Source: Candidatus Latescibacterota bacterium (GTDB taxonomy: Bacteria > Latescibacterota > UBA2968). Taken from it: a stretch of 64,000 bases of DNA. Positions 1 to 12,633 of this stretch are shown piece after piece; position 1 is the stretch's first letter; every line of letters begins with the position of its first letter. Below the pieces are notes generated by a model. That model had not been told where the DNA came from. It did not search any database and was given only the letters and a program-made list of their open reading frames with translations. The stretch is from contig OZ240241.1 of the NCBI GenBank assembly GCA_965198115.1, positions 8,192,001-8,256,000 of the forward strand, read 5' to 3'. The position numbers and the translations under genes were made by a program.

Positions 1-390
1 CGCGATACCCACGCCAGCTATGGTCAGCGCACGGGCGATGGTTGGAAGGGAAGAAACCGGGTATGCGTGGACGAGCAGGAGGAGACAGAAACCCGTCAGG
101 AGCTTGGCGACGACGAGGACGGCTGGAACCGGATCTGTCGCCCAAATAGCGGATGCGGCACTGAGCGCGATGAAAGCGGCGATGACCGGGAGTTCAGTCC
201 GCGCCGGGGGTCTTGCCCGTTTGATCGCGGTGCAGGCGAGGACCAAACCGGCAAGCGTTCCGACCTGGAGCAGCATCAGCTTTGGGGGGAGTGTGTAGTC
301 CCGGTAGGCGGTCCCGTAGACCAGAGGAACCGCCAGGACCAGCGCGACGACGATCCGACGCGCCCACGTAGTGGAGGCCGCTTCATTCAT
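1..390 (-). CDS. O-antigen ligase (Wzy_C)-TPR paralogue 1, N-terminal part; runs off the window
   Basis: Hand translation from ATG 390: MNEAASTTWARRIVVALVLAVPLVYGTAYRDYTLPPKLMLLQVG...SAIWATDP. This matches the N-terminal 'PL..... .(T)LP(K/R)L..LQ' and 'S..WA.(N/D)' motifs of the neighbouring paralogues. It overlaps the upstream stop (ATGAATGA) and is not in the ORF track. Confidence 0.8.
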   Translation of the reverse strand, partial: MNEAASTTWARRIVVALVLAVPLVYGTAYRDYTLPPKLMLLQVGTLAGLVLACTAIKRARPPARTELPVIAAFIALSAASAIWATDPVPAVLVVAKLLTGFCLLLLVHAYPVSSLPTIARALTIAGVGIA

Positions 391-2504
391 GCTCGGTCTT
401 CTCGATCTGCCCATCGAGTATCCGCGCCTGCTCGATGAACGTCGCGTCCCCCTTCCAGAGCTCGATGAACTTTCGGTATTCGCGGACGGCGCCCGAGCTG
501 TCGCCCGCCGATAGAAGCAGGTCGGCAAGATTTCTGTGCGGGCGCGCATAGGCGGGGTCGAGAGCGATCGCTTCCAGGTAAGCGGAGCGTGCGTCCGGGG
601 TTCGACCGATTTTTGCGAAGGCAGCGCCCGCGTTGTTGTGGTGTCTCGCGATCTCTGGTGCCAGGGCGATGGCTTTGCCGAAGGCGACGGCAGCAACCTC
701 GGTCAGACCCGACATCAAGGCCGATTCACCAAGTCGATTCTGGAGGGAGGCGTCCTCGTCATCGTGTAGCAGCGCTTCACGATAGAACTTCACGGCGGCC
801 TTCCACTCGCGATTCGATCGAGCGGAATCTCCGAGGGCCGTGGCGACTCTGATGATCCCATCCCGGGGCACCGAGTATGAAGGGTAGATGGATCGTTCCC
901 GGAGATAGCCTTCGAGCGCGCCACGCAGATCCCCCTTTCTCTCCCTGACCTGGGCCAACGGCAGATGGCCTTCGTTCGGGTGGTAGCGGAGGGACTGCGT
1001 GAACGATTCGATCGCTTCGTCATACTGTCCAAGTCGCTCGTGGGCAAGACCGTTCAGTTGGAGCGCTCGAAAGTTGATCACGGTCGGGTCCAGGGCCGCC
1101 CGAGTGTCCCGCACGACTGAATGCCAGTCTTCACGGTTCCAGGCGTTGACTGCCCGGGCAAAGTGTCGATCGAAGTTCAAACACGTGAGAGTGATTCCCG
1201 CGCCGACCGCGATCAGGACGGCACCCGCGGAGAGGTGCCACCGCAACGAGCGTCCACGATCGGTCGGGTGGTCGGATTGCGACGATCAGACCGAGCGCCG
1301 TCCAGAACAACATCGATGCTGCGACGCGTTCCCTCGGAAAGCTGAAGAAGCTGTGGCCGAGGTAGGCGAGGGCACCCGCACAGAGAGCGAGTTCCCGGAC
1401 GTCGCAGGCCCGCCACAGACGGATACCGATGAGGCCGACGATCCACAGATAGAGTGCCAGACCTACGACACCTGTCTCGGCAAGGACCCAGGCGAAATCG
1501 TTGTGCGGTCTTTGTGGTGCCGTGTTTCGTGTAATCCATTCTCCCCGATCGTAGACCGGGTAATGCAGCATCCAGGCGCCCAGACCAACGCCCGATACCG
1601 GATGATCGGCCACCATGTCGAGCGTGCGACGCCAGACGGTGAGTCTTCCGCGAGCCCCAGACGGTGCGAAGACCTGGCCGAAAGTCGTCGACAGATCGGT
1701 TTTCCGCTCGTCGAACCCGAAGTCTCCCTCCAATGTCATCTGGTGCTGGAGCGGCCCTGCGACACAGACGATCAGGACGGCCAGTGCGCCTATCGCGATT
1801 TTCATTCGTCGGGAAGGAATCTCGAGCAGGCTGCTGGTCCGTATCGCGACGATTAAGGCACAGATCGTGGCCACTGCCAGACCCACCCAGGCACCCCGAG
1901 TGCGGGTGTAGAGCAACAACAGCAGCATCAGCGTGCCGGACAAAGCCAGGGTCGCAGCGCGGGCGGGCGATTCTTCCACGAGTCCGAAACCGATGACGAC
2001 GGGGATCGAGATCACCAGGTAGGTGGCGACGTAGTTTCGGTAGCCGAAGGTCGAACCGGGATTGCCCGCTGAGGGGACGACGAGGGGATCGACGCCGAAG
2101 TACTGACCGATACCGACGCTGGCCACGAGCAGCCCGGCTACGGCCCATACCCAGACGAGATCACGGGCAACACGCTCGCCGTCCAGACGCGATACATACG
2201 CATAAGTAAAGACCATGCACGTGAGCGAGGCCAGTTGGACGACGGCTTCGATCGCGTTCAACGCCCAAAACACCGAGAGAACGGACCACGACGTGAATGC
2301 GAGTACTGCGATGTCGAATCGGGCGCGACGTCTGATCGAGGGGGCGACGACGATCAGACCCGCCAGCCCGAGAACCACGCACACCTGAAGGACCAGAAGA
2401 CGGGGCCACCGGGTGAAGTCGTAAACGTCGCGTACGAATAGCAGAGGCACGACGAAGAGGGCGACTGCAGCTGGTAGAGCTGCGAGACGGAAACGGTTCA
2501 TCAC
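383..2504 (-). CDS. O-antigen ligase family membrane protein with C-terminal TPRs, paralogue 2 (frameshift near 1245)
   Basis: ORF 1131..2504 has many TM helices plus YTRTRGAW, GVGLGAW and RPHND. ORF 383..1246 continues with TPR repeats. Confidence 0.85.
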
Positions 2505-4592
2505 GGCGTGATCGTCTCGAGCAGGTCGGTCAGTATCTTCACGCGCTCGCGAGCACGCAGGGCGGCATCGTCGTTGCGAGGCCAGCGCTGTAGAAAGGTC
2601 TCATAGGCCCAGAGCGCTCTTCGGGCGTGAGCGGGGTCTGCGTCGGCCTCGAGACTGTGGGCTTCACCGAGGTCATAGTAGAAGGAGGGGTCGGAGGGCT
2701 CCAGGGCGATGGCCTTCTCGATGGTGATGACCGCCTCGTCGATTCGTTTCGCTGCAATGTATGCCAGTCCGAGGTTACTCCAGGCGTCCACGAAGTCGTC
2801 CTTCAGTTCGATGGCCCGGCCGTAGGTGGCAATTGCCCCTTGCAGGTCTCCCCTCTGCTGCGCGATCCCTCCGAGGTTGTTCAGTATCTGGTAGTGCAAC
2901 GGAGCCAATGCGAGGGATCGACGGTAGGATGCTTCCGCGGCATCCATGTCGCCCTTGAGGGCGTAATTGGTGCCGAGATCGCCGAGCAGCTCCGCCTATG
3001 CGGATGGTAAGCGAGGCCAGTCCTGCCGGCATCGATGGCTCGACCGTACTGGCCGATCGCCCGGTAGCCTTTGGCTTGGAGAAGATGGGCGCGCGTGTCG
3101 AAAGGACCGATTTCGAGAGCCGCCGTAGCGGCTGCGAGCGTTGCACGAAGGTCGTTTCCGGCGTGGAAGGACAGGGCTCGCATCAGGTGACGGTCGAACC
3201 TCAGAGCCTGAATCGTGAAAGCAAGACATCCACACGCGAGGCCGGTGGCCAGAATCCAAGTCGTTTTGGAGCTTCGGATGCTTTGGGATTCGGAGGAGGG
3301 GGGGTGTAGCGTGACCAGAAGCGCCAGGTTCAACCAGAAGAGTAGTGACGTTTCGGCGAGCTCCTTCGGAAAACTAAATACGGCGTGGCCGAGACTCGCC
3401 ATCAGGCTCGCACCGATGGCGAGCCCCCAGGTGCGGGTCTGGGCGTTTCGGACAGCTCGCAGGAGGATCGATAGAGCGGCCGCCAGCATCCAAAAGTAGG
3501 TCGCCAGACCAATCAGACCCGTCTCCGCGGCAATCCAGAGGTAGTCGTTGTGGGGGCGTTCGGGCGCGGACCCCACTTTCAGCATGTCCCCCCCATCGTA
3601 GGGTGGGTAGGCGTATTGCCAGTTCCCAGGGCCGACACCCAACACTGGATAGTCGCCGATCATCGCGAGTGTGTGCGACCACATTGTCCGTCGCCCGCGG
3701 TCGGCACCCGGGCGGCTCGCCGAACTCAACGCGTCGAGCAGCGCCGTTTTTCCCTCGTCGAGGTGCCGCGATCGCGACGGTGACAGATTCGGATTCCACG
3801 GCCCCAGTGCGAGGACAAGCAGCGCCATTGCAACCGCCAGACGTTTTCCGAAGGAACTGGAGAGTGTGGGACTCCGGGTGGGGCGATAGATCAGACAGAG
3901 CATGCCGGTGGCAGCCCCGGCGACCATCAGAGCCGCCCAGGCACCCCGAGTCCGGGTGTAGACGAGGAACACCGACATCAAGGCAGTGGCCGCGGTGGCG
4001 ATGCCATACGTACGTCGCGATCGAGTCGTTGCAACCAGACCGATTGCGATCGGAATGCACACGACAAGGTAGGAGGCGGCCATGTTTCTGTAGCCGAATG
4101 TCGAACTGGGACGGCCGTTCGACGGAAACCCGCTCAGATCCAACCCCCAGAACTCGCCAATGCCGATGAGGGAGGCGAGTCCTCCGGCCCAGCAGAGGGC
4201 TTCTGCCAGTCGGGGAATGTGCGACCGGTCGAGGATCTGAACCGCGCAAAAGAACACGAGGACATAGGTCAACAGATGCGAAACCGACTCGATGGCGGCC
4301 ACCCGGTTGTGTGCTTGGGCAACGGCGATGGTCGTCGTCGCGAAGTAGACGATGACGGGCAGGCTCAAGATCGACCCGCGCAGAAGGGGTGATTCGATCT
4401 TGAACGCGTCCCGAGTGAGCAGGAGGAGAAGGATCAGCAATCCGATCTGGACCGCGAGCCGCTTCGGAAGAAGCGTGAAACGAGCAGATCTCCGTCGAAC
4501 ACGAATGTCGCGGCAATGAGCGTTGCCGCGATAATGCGGAATCCCCACGAATCGGTGACACGGATAGCGGCTTGTCTGTGGCGCTTCGCCAC
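2501..4592 (-). CDS. O-antigen ligase-TPR paralogue 3 (frameshifts near 4485 and 3000)
   Basis: GTG 4592 directly follows the upstream stop and reads MAKRHRQAAIRVTDSWGFRIIAATLIAATFVF. It shifts into ORF 2881..4665 (FTLLPKRL, YTRTRGAW, GVGPGNW, RPHND). The TPR tail is ORF 2501..2947. Confidence 0.8.
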
Positions 4593-6619
4593 TCAGTCGA
4601 CTCGCTTCCTGAGGTTTTGTAAATGGGCCCGAATCTGCTCGGCGTAATCGGGGTCGCCTTGCCACGCCCGAAGAACGATCTCGTACATATCGATGGCTTC
4701 GTTCAGACGACCGGACTGTTCGTAGGCCATGGCGAGGTTGTTACGGGCTTCGTTGAAATTGGGATTGAGTGTGATGGCTCGTTCAAGATGGCGAACCGCT
4801 GCCGCCGGGTTCTGCCGGTAGAGCTCGACCGCGCCGAGTGCGGCGTTGGCCTGAGGAGCGAAGAGGTCGTGGGACACGAGCGGGAGAAGCACCGCTCGCG
4901 CGGCATTGAAGCGGCCCGCTCTGATGAGTGTGTTTCCGTGATTGATCTGGATACCCCCATCCGTGGGTCGCAGACGGTGGGCGGTTTCGAAGTGTCGAAG
5001 GGCGCTGGTAAAGTCGTCCCGACGCGCGTAAACGCCCGCAAGATTGTGGTGTGTGTTTGCGTAGTTCGGGTGGTCGTCAAGGGCGCGCACGTAAGCGCTC
5101 TCGGCTTTCGCCCATTGACCGTTCTCGTGGAGGGCCTTCCCGAGGATGAATGTGATGCGATGGTCGATGGCTCCCAGTGGAATCGCCGTCTGGGATTCAG
5201 CGATGGCCAGAGACCAGTTTCCCGTCTGCGCCGCCCAGAGCGCTCGGGAAAAGGGACCGTCGAATCGCAGGTGACGCCACCCGGTTGCAAGAACAAGCAG
5301 ACAGACGACCACCGTAAGCGCTCCCAGTCCCCTCGGTAGACACGTCGATCGACTCGGTGTCTCCTTATGTGCGATGCCGATTCCGGCCAGTGATGTCCAG
5401 AAAAGGAGGAGCGTGGCGGGCTGCTCCTTCGGAAAGCTGAAGAGTCCGTGGACCGTGAATGCGGTCAGGCTGGCCGCACACGCCAGTCCGATGAGTGCAC
5501 GTTCGGGATCGATCGATCGCGAGACTTCCCACGCCTTTTTTCCCGCAGAGACGAGAAGCCAGAGGTAGAAGCACAGACCGACAAGCCCGATCTCGGCCGC
5601 AATCCACAACACGTCGTTGTGAGGTCTCGCCGGTTCCGAAGTCGGCGTGATGCGAGTGCCCCGGTCGTAAGGAGGATATGCGTATTCCCAGTTGTCGAGC
5701 CCGACACCCAGTATCGGATGGTCGCGGATCAGGTCCAGCGTATTTTCCCAAAAAGTCAGTCGCCCGCGAGCGCTGTCCTCGTCAAAAGCAGACTGAAGGG
5801 CGACGAGGGCGGTCGTCTTCTGTCGGTCGAATCGTTGGATGACGGCGTCAGAAGGGTTTTCCGAACGTGTTGCGACGAATGCGGCAAGGCCGACGAGGAT
5901 CGCCATCGCCAATCGACGAGGTTGCGTGAATGAACGCAGCCTGGCCGTCAGTTCATCCCGAAGAGGTCGGGCGCCAGCCACGACGACCACGACGATCGTG
6001 CACGCTGCGGCGAGCGCGATCCACGCGCCTCGTGTCCGCGTGAAGACGAGGAGGGTCCCCATCAAGAGCGTGCAAACGAGTGAGAGTGAAAACACTCCCT
6101 GCGATTCGGACCTGAGGATACCGAGTGTGGCCAGGGGTAAGGCCACGACGAGATACGATGCTGTGACGTTCCTGAAACCGAACGTGGCGCTGGGCAAGCC
6201 GACGGATGGAATCGACGTGAAGGCCAGGTCGAAATACTGAGCGATGCCCACGATCCCGACCAGGCCACCCCCGATCGCCAACGCCGAACACGCACTCACG
6301 AATCCTGCCGTGTCGACAGAGGACGTGACAATGGCGAAGAGGATCAAACCCGCAACGAGAGGTGCCATCTCGATCACGCTCGACAGCGGATTGTTAGCCC
6401 AAAAGGCGGACCCGACGCACACGAAGACGTAACCGAGTGCGGGCAGCAGCAGGCGAGTCGCGCGTATGACGGGCCGCGGCGCCCAGATCACCGCGAGCGC
6501 GCCGATTAGCACATAGAAGCCGGCGCGCTTGACGACCAGATCGGACCCTTCTTCAGGGCGGAACAGAAGAGGGATGATCAGGAGTCCCGCACCGAGGAGC
6601 CGGGTCTGGTATGGGCTAG

Positions 6620-8173
6620 GAGCCTGTCGGAGTACCCAGCCGGAGGAAGATTTCGTATTGTAGAAGTGCGATCAAGGTTCCGACTCTGAATTGGAGGTTT
6701 CCGTTGAGCACTTCTACTCGGTTTCGTGTCTACAATCCGGCTCAGTTGATGTTGCTGCCTCCGGATCTCCGGAGTTGGCTTCCCAAGGGTCATCCGACCT
6801 ACTTCATTCTGGATATCGTCGGACAACTTGATTTGTCCGCGATCTACGAGACCTACGATGGGTCTCAAGGTGGCCAGCCACCGTATGATCCCCGGATGAT
6901 GGTGAGCCTACTGCTGTATGGTTACTGTGAAGGCATCAGGAGTTCCCGCAAGATCGAGCGTGCGACCTATGACTCGGTTGCTTTCCGTGTGCTCAGCCTG
7001 GATCAGCATCCTGATCACGACACGATATCGACCTTTCGTCAACGGCATCTGGATGCCCTCTCAGGTCTGTTCAGGCAAGTGCTGTGTCTCTGCGTGAAGG
7101 CAGGTCTGGTGAAGCTGGGACACGTGGCGTTGGATGGCACGAAAGTCAAAGCAAATGCCTCAAAACACAAAGCGATGAGCTACGGCCGGATGAAGAAGAA
7201 AGAAGCCGAGATCGAGGCCGAAGTGCGCAGACTCTTGACCGAGGCCGAAGCCACTGACGCGGCCGAAGACGAACTCTACGGAAAGGACAACCGCGGCGAC
7301 GAGTTGCCCGAGGAGTTGCAGCACCGGGAGACTCGACTCAAAGTAATCCGCGACGCAATAGCCGAGATCGAAGCCGAAGCGGAGGCTGAGTTTCCTGAGA
7401 AGCAGGCAGCGTATGAAGAGAAGGTAAAGGCCCGGGAGCGCCGCGGCGGTCGTGGACGTAAGCCCAAGCCTCCATCGAAAGAGCCCGACTGAAAGGAACA
7501 ACTGAACTTCACCGATCCCGACTCACGGATCATGGTCTCAGGGGGCCAATTCCTTCAAGCCTACAACTGCCAAGCTGCTGTGGATGACAAGGCCCAGATT
7601 GTCGTTGCTGCCGACGTCACCCAAGAAGCTGATGACAAGAACCAGATGACACCTATGGTCAACCAGATCAGAGCGAATATGGGCGGCACGACACCCAAGC
7701 ACCTCACTGCCGACACCGGATACTTCAACCAAAGTCAGGTCGATCAGGTTCAATCAGATGGCGTCGACCTCTATGTGGCGACGACAAAACAGAAACATGG
7801 AACGCCCATCGCGACCTGCCCCAGGGGACGGATCCCCAAGGGCGCAACGACGAAAGACAAAATGGCGAGAAAGCTTCTCACACAGAAAGGTCGCTGCACC
7901 TACTGGAAAAGAAAACAGATCATCGAACCCGTGTTTGGACAGATCAAATCCGTTCGGAACTTCACCCGATTCTCATTTCGCCGAATCCACAAAGTCATCA
8001 GAGAATGGAACCTGATCTGTCTCACACACAACCTTCTGAAACTCTATCGACTCTCATTGGCTACCTGATCCCGAAGAGGAACTCGGCTCAAGGAAAAAAC
8101 GAAGGTAACCGGTCGCTGACAGACTCAGCTGGACTTAATCTCAACGAGCTTCCGGGTGTAACCCGACAGGCTC
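6620..8173 (+). mobile_element. IS1182-family insertion sequence
   Basis: Terminal inverted repeats GAGCCTGTCGG (6620-6630) and CCGACAGGCTC (8163-8173). CTAG is duplicated at 6616-6619 and 8174-8177. Confidence 0.92.
6704..8068 (+). pseudogene. IS1182-family transposase with an in-frame TGA at 7490-7492
   Basis: Motifs GQPPYDPRMM, SSRKIER, PDHDTI, ALDGTKVKANASKHK, NFTDPDSRIM, QAYNCQAAVD, ADTGY and IEPVFGQIK. The two ORFs are in the same frame across one stop. Confidence 0.9.
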
Positions 8174-10084
8174 CTAGTTTTTATCTCGGTCATCTTTGAC
8201 ATTCAGGAGTTGCTGGAGACTCCTTAGTGCGGGAGCGAATTCTGGCGAAAGGACAAGGGCATTCCGGAACTGTCGTTCCGCTCCTCGAAGATCGCCGCTC
8301 AGGGCGAGGGTCCTTCCCAGATTCACCCGAATCAGGGGATTATGGGGCGCCAGCTCCAGGGCTCGCTCTAGGGACCGAATGGCACTTGGCCACTTGCGGC
8401 CGTCTCTGTAGATGTTGCCCAGGTTGTTGTGGGCCTCGATGAAGTTGGGATACAGTTCGATCGCTCGCCGGGCCGAGTGCTCCGCCTCCTCGAGACTCCC
8501 TGTTTTGCGAAGGGCGATCGCGACGTTGTTGTGGGCGTTGATGGAATTCGGGTGCAACTCGAGCGCTCGACGATATGCGTCGATGGCCTGCGAGGGGCGG
8601 CCTTGATGGTCCTGGGCCCGTCCGACAGCGATGAACGTGTTGGCTCGGTAGCTACCGATGGCTGCCGCCCGTGCGCCCGATCCGAGCACCCCGTCCCAAT
8701 CTTGCTTTCTCTCCGCGCGATGGACATTCAGGTGATGGATGTCGTATGTGAGTCGCTTTACCGTCAGGTAGCCCCCGACGATCAGAACGGACGCAATCAG
8801 TCCGAGCTGTAATCGCGCGAACCTCGTGGTGACCGATCGCCCTGGATCGAGAATGAGCAAGATCCCGACGGAGGACCAGAACAGGAACGCCGGCGAAACA
8901 CGCTCGCGCGGGAAGTTGAACACGCCGTCACCGAGCTGGGCGAGGAGAACCACGAGACCGGCGACCGCGAGGAGGCGGTGCTCGGGATCGTGCAACGCCC
9001 TGAGCCCCGATCGGAAGGCGATTAACAGGAACCCGAGATAGGCTGCCAGTCCGATAGCGCCGGTTTCGCTCAGGATCCAGAGAAGGTCGTTGTGCGGTCG
9101 TCTCGGAGAGGCGTTCACGTTGACCTGGTCACCCCAGGCGTAGTCGGGATACACGAATTCCCAGTTGCCGAGTCCCACCCCCAGCAGCGGGTGATCGAGA
9201 CCGATTCGGAGGGTGTGAGACCAGAGGTCGAGCCTGCCCCGATGGCCCGACGCGTCCACAATCGACGCCGCGGCCGTCAGGGCGCTGTCCTTCTTCTCGT
9301 CGAAATGCTGAGCGCCCGGTTTGGCTATCCGATCCGGTATGAGCGCGGCCGCAACGATTACCACCGCAATGGCGGGTCCCATCAGACGTCTTTTTGGACG
9401 GTCGTGCGAAGGTCGGTTCGGGACCCGCCTGGAGATCAGCCAGACGATGAGTGAGGCGACCCCGATTCCGATCCACGCGCCCCGGCAGCGTGTGAACACG
9501 AGATACGTGCAGCAGAGCAACGTAATCGTCGTGTAGCCGATCCGGAAGCGTGCCGTTCGTGCGCGATGGGCCGAGTACCAGGCGAACGGGATGAGGGCAA
9601 TGAGGTATTCGGCCGCGGCATTTCGGTGAAAGAAAGTGGCGCTGGGGTTCGCGCGGGACGGCAAATCCGCCCATCCGAGGCCGAGGTATTGAGAGATCCC
9701 GATGACGGTGACGGGTAGGGCACCCCAGACCCAGCCTCCGATGCAAAGATCCAAATCGCTGGATTTCAGTGTTGCGACTGCTACGATTGGGATGAGCGCG
9801 AGCGTGCTGTAGTGGGCGAATTGCAGGACCGACTCCGTGACGTTGATCGACTGGGTGATCGACAGTCCCATACTGGCCAGGAGCGCGCCCGACGCCAACA
9901 GGGCCCTTGTGTTCAGGCGCGGTGCGTCGAAGAGGGCGCAGATGCAAATGACGATCAGCCCCGCCTGAAGCGCAGCGAGACGGGGGAGCAACGCCCCTTC
10001 GTAAACGTGCGTGGAGTAGACGAGGGGAAGACCGATGCCGAGCGCCATCCAAAGGAAGAGGGTCAAGCTCCGTGGCACCTTCAA
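8174..10084 (-). CDS. O-antigen ligase-TPR paralogue 5 (intact)
   Basis: 636 aa with FTRCRGAW, GVGLGNW, RPHND and several C-terminal TPRs. Confidence 0.9.
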   Translation of the reverse strand: MKVPRSLTLFLWMALGIGLPLVYSTHVYEGALLPRLAALQAGLIVICICALFDAPRLNTRALLASGALLASMGLSITQSINVTESVLQFAHYSTLALIPIVAVATLKSSDLDLCIGGWVWGALPVTVIGISQYLGLGWADLPSRANPSATFFHRNAAAEYLIALIPFAWYSAHRARTARFRIGYTTITLLCCTYLVFTRCRGAWIGIGVASLIVWLISRRVPNRPSHDRPKRRLMGPAIAVVIVAAALIPDRIAKPGAQHFDEKKDSALTAAASIVDASGHRGRLDLWSHTLRIGLDHPLLGVGLGNWEFVYPDYAWGDQVNVNASPRRPHNDLLWILSETGAIGLAAYLGFLLIAFRSGLRALHDPEHRLLAVAGLVVLLAQLGDGVFNFPRERVSPAFLFWSSVGILLILDPGRSVTTRFARLQLGLIASVLIVGGYLTVKRLTYDIHHLNVHRAERKQDWDGVLGSGARAAAIGSYRANTFIAVGRAQDHQGRPSQAIDAYRRALELHPNSINAHNNVAIALRKTGSLEEAEHSARRAIELYPNFIEAHNNLGNIYRDGRKWPSAIRSLERALELAPHNPLIRVNLGRTLALSGDLRGAERQFRNALVLSPEFAPALRSLQQLLNVKDDRDKN

Positions 10085-12633
10085 GGCTCCAGTCGTTCAA
10101 GCATGTCCTGGACAGTTCTGGTAAACGAAGGATCGCCCTTCCAGTCGCGTAGGAAAGACCGCATAGCGCGTTTTGCGCTGATCGTGTCTCGGATGGCGAC
10201 GTAGACGGGGACATATAATAATGTACGAGGACGGGATCGCCCGCCCAGTGGCGCTCGAATCGGCTGTAGGCCACCGTGGCACTGTCGACGGCGGCTCCCG
10301 TCAGGTAGGCGTTTCTGAGGTTGTAATTCGCGACGGCGTGGGTCGAGTCGATGGCCAGTGCGGCGCGATATGACTCGATGGCCTCGTTGATTCGTCCCTC
10401 ATCGACGTAGACGAGGCCGAGATTGTTGTGCGTATCGATATGATCAGGGTCCAGCTTTGTGGCCCTCAGGTATGTCTCGATGGCCTTTTCCCGTCGACCA
10501 ATAGCCTTGTAGCTGTTCGCCAGATTGTACCAGTGGAGCGCGATGTCGGGTTTGAGGTGGGTGGCCATCGTGTAGTCATCCAAGGCGCCCTGGCGATCTC
10601 CCCGGCGCTCCGCGGATAGCCCCCTTCTCACGTGGGCATTGGCGAGCACGCCGATGGCGGGGGCGTGATGGGTCGTGTCCGTGCCCGGTGTTTTGAGGAA
10701 CCGCGTGTAGAGATCGATGGCTTCATCATAGTCGCCTGCTTCGATCCGAAGGTTGCCGAGATTGACGAGTGCTTCCGGGGCGGGGGTGGGGGAGGTCGCT
10801 GCCCGATGCCACACGGCGGCGGCGCTGTCCACCATCCCCATTTCGCGGTAGATGGTGCCCAGGTTGACGTAAGACCGGGGCCGATTCGGGTGAGCTGACA
10901 CCTTGTAGGGCAATCGCCGAGTCGCGGGCGCCCCGGGCCTGGTGCAGGATCGCCAGGTTGTATTGTGCGGCGTAGTCGTCCGGGTCCAATCGCAAGGCTT
11001 CTCGATAGAGGCGCTCGGCTTCGGTGGTGTCCCCTTGCTCGTAGGCGACAAGCCCCAGCCCGTTGAAGGCGTTGGCGAAGTTTGGATGGTAATCGAGCGT
11101 CCGTCGGTAGGCCGCGCGGGCGTCGTCGTGTCGCCCACGGGCGAGAAGCGCTTCACCACGGATCAGATGGGCCTGATGATCGAACGAGCCATACTTCAGT
11201 GCGTTTTCGACGTGCAGGAGCATCGTGTCGTGACGCTTCTGCATCTGGGCGACCCGGGCCCGGACGTAGTGCCAGTCGAAGAAGGTGTTTTGGACCGTAA
11301 TGGCGCACGCCAGGAGCAGAACGACGAGGAGAGTCCGGGTGATCACAGGGCGGGACTCTTCGTGAGTCGATTCCCGAGACGAAAGCCATCCCGCTGCGAG
11401 CCAGAACAGGACGGAGGGGGCCACGCGCTCCCACGGAAACGTGAATAGTCCGAGTCCGATGTAGGTCAGAAGAGTGGTCACGAGGAAAGTCGTGATCATC
11501 GTCTCCCCCTCTGGCGTCGCCCATCGCCGAAAGGCGCTCCTGCCGAGGGTAAACAGGAAACCCAGGAAGAGGATGAACCCCACGGTTCCCGTTTCTGCCC
11601 AGATCCATAACAGGTCGTTGTGGGGCCTCAATGGATTGAATCCTGGTTCGATCATTTTGCCGCCATCGTAGGGGACGTAGGCGAACTCCCAGTTCCCGAG
11701 GCCCACGCCGAGGATCGGCGCGTCGGCGATCATACGCAGAGTCGCGCCCCACATGTGAAGCCTGCCCCTGTCGCCTCCGGGGCGGAAGACGGACGCGATG
11801 GCCGTCCCGACGTCGGTTTTCCGCTCGTCGAATCTCTGAATGTGCGATTCGGTGAATCCTTCCGGGAGGAAGGCAAGCGCCACTACGATCACCAGAGCGA
11901 GCCCCACGGGTCGATAGCGGTCCGTGCGGACCACGGCCAGAATTTGCCCCGTTGTCGATCGCAGTCCCTCTGATGCGGCGGTCAGCACAACGGCGCCTCC
12001 CGATCCCAGACAGAACCCGACCCAGGACGCCCTCGCGCGCGTGTAGACCATCAGGACGACCATGGCCGCGGCTGCCACGGCACCCAGCATCCTGCGCCTC
12101 GGTGTTTTCCCGGTGACGACGAGGATGGCGGCCAGGGGAGCTCCGCACGCCACATAGGCTGCAGCGAGGTTCCGGTAGCCGAAGAAGGAGCTCGGGCGGC
12201 CCGTCGAAGGAATCCAGGTCGGAATCAGTCCGTGATACTCGAAGATGCCCACACAAGCGACCAGCAGGCCTGCTGCGGCGTGAAATCCGAGGAGATGGTC
12301 GAGCCGGTCCTGACGACTGCCGGCTACGACGAGGTAGAACACAACGAGGGTCGTGTATTTTGCGAGATCGTAGGTGGCGCGAAAGGCGTTGGCTGCCCAG
12401 AATGCGGAGGCTGCGAGAATCGCGACGAAACCGAGAAGCATCAGACGGTCCCAACCGGGAGTGCCCAGGCGCAAGACGGTTGGATCTCGGGCTGCGATGG
12501 TGAGAATCGCGATGAGAACGACCTGAAGAAGCAAAAGCCTGGGGAGGAGGGTGTATTCTTCGATTCCGGGGACCAGAAGGAAGGGAATGACGAAGAATCC
12601 GGCGGACAGGAGGCGGGTAATCAGGCGGTCCAT
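10081..12633 (-). CDS. O-antigen ligase-TPR paralogue 6 with a long TPR array (frameshifts near 10900 and 10210)
   Basis: ORF 10726..12633 has YTRARASW, GVGLGNW and RPHND. TPRs continue in the frame of ORF 9129..11159. The last frame reads MRSFLRDWKGDPSFTRTVQDMLERLEP* and ends at 10081, overlapping the next start (TTGA). Confidence 0.8.

Larger units (their letters stand above)
4593..8193 (-). pseudogene. O-antigen ligase-TPR paralogue 4; the first codons are separated from the body by IS1182 (body 4593..6619)
   Basis: ORF 4593..6512 has FTRTRGAW, RPHND and TPRs. Removing the IS and one CTAG copy restores ATG 8193 and the reading MTEIKTSPYQTRLLGAGLLIIPLLF in frame. Confidence 0.8.

Noticed and set aside
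7490-7492. Selenocysteine or alternative-code reading of the in-frame TGA in the IS1182 transposase
   Set aside because: TGA is used as a normal stop throughout the window, and the position is a variable linker rather than a Cys or Trp site.
9129-11159. 676-aa ORF as an independent gene
   Set aside because: Only about 10210-10890 is real (TPRs of paralogue 6). The rest is out-of-frame overlap.
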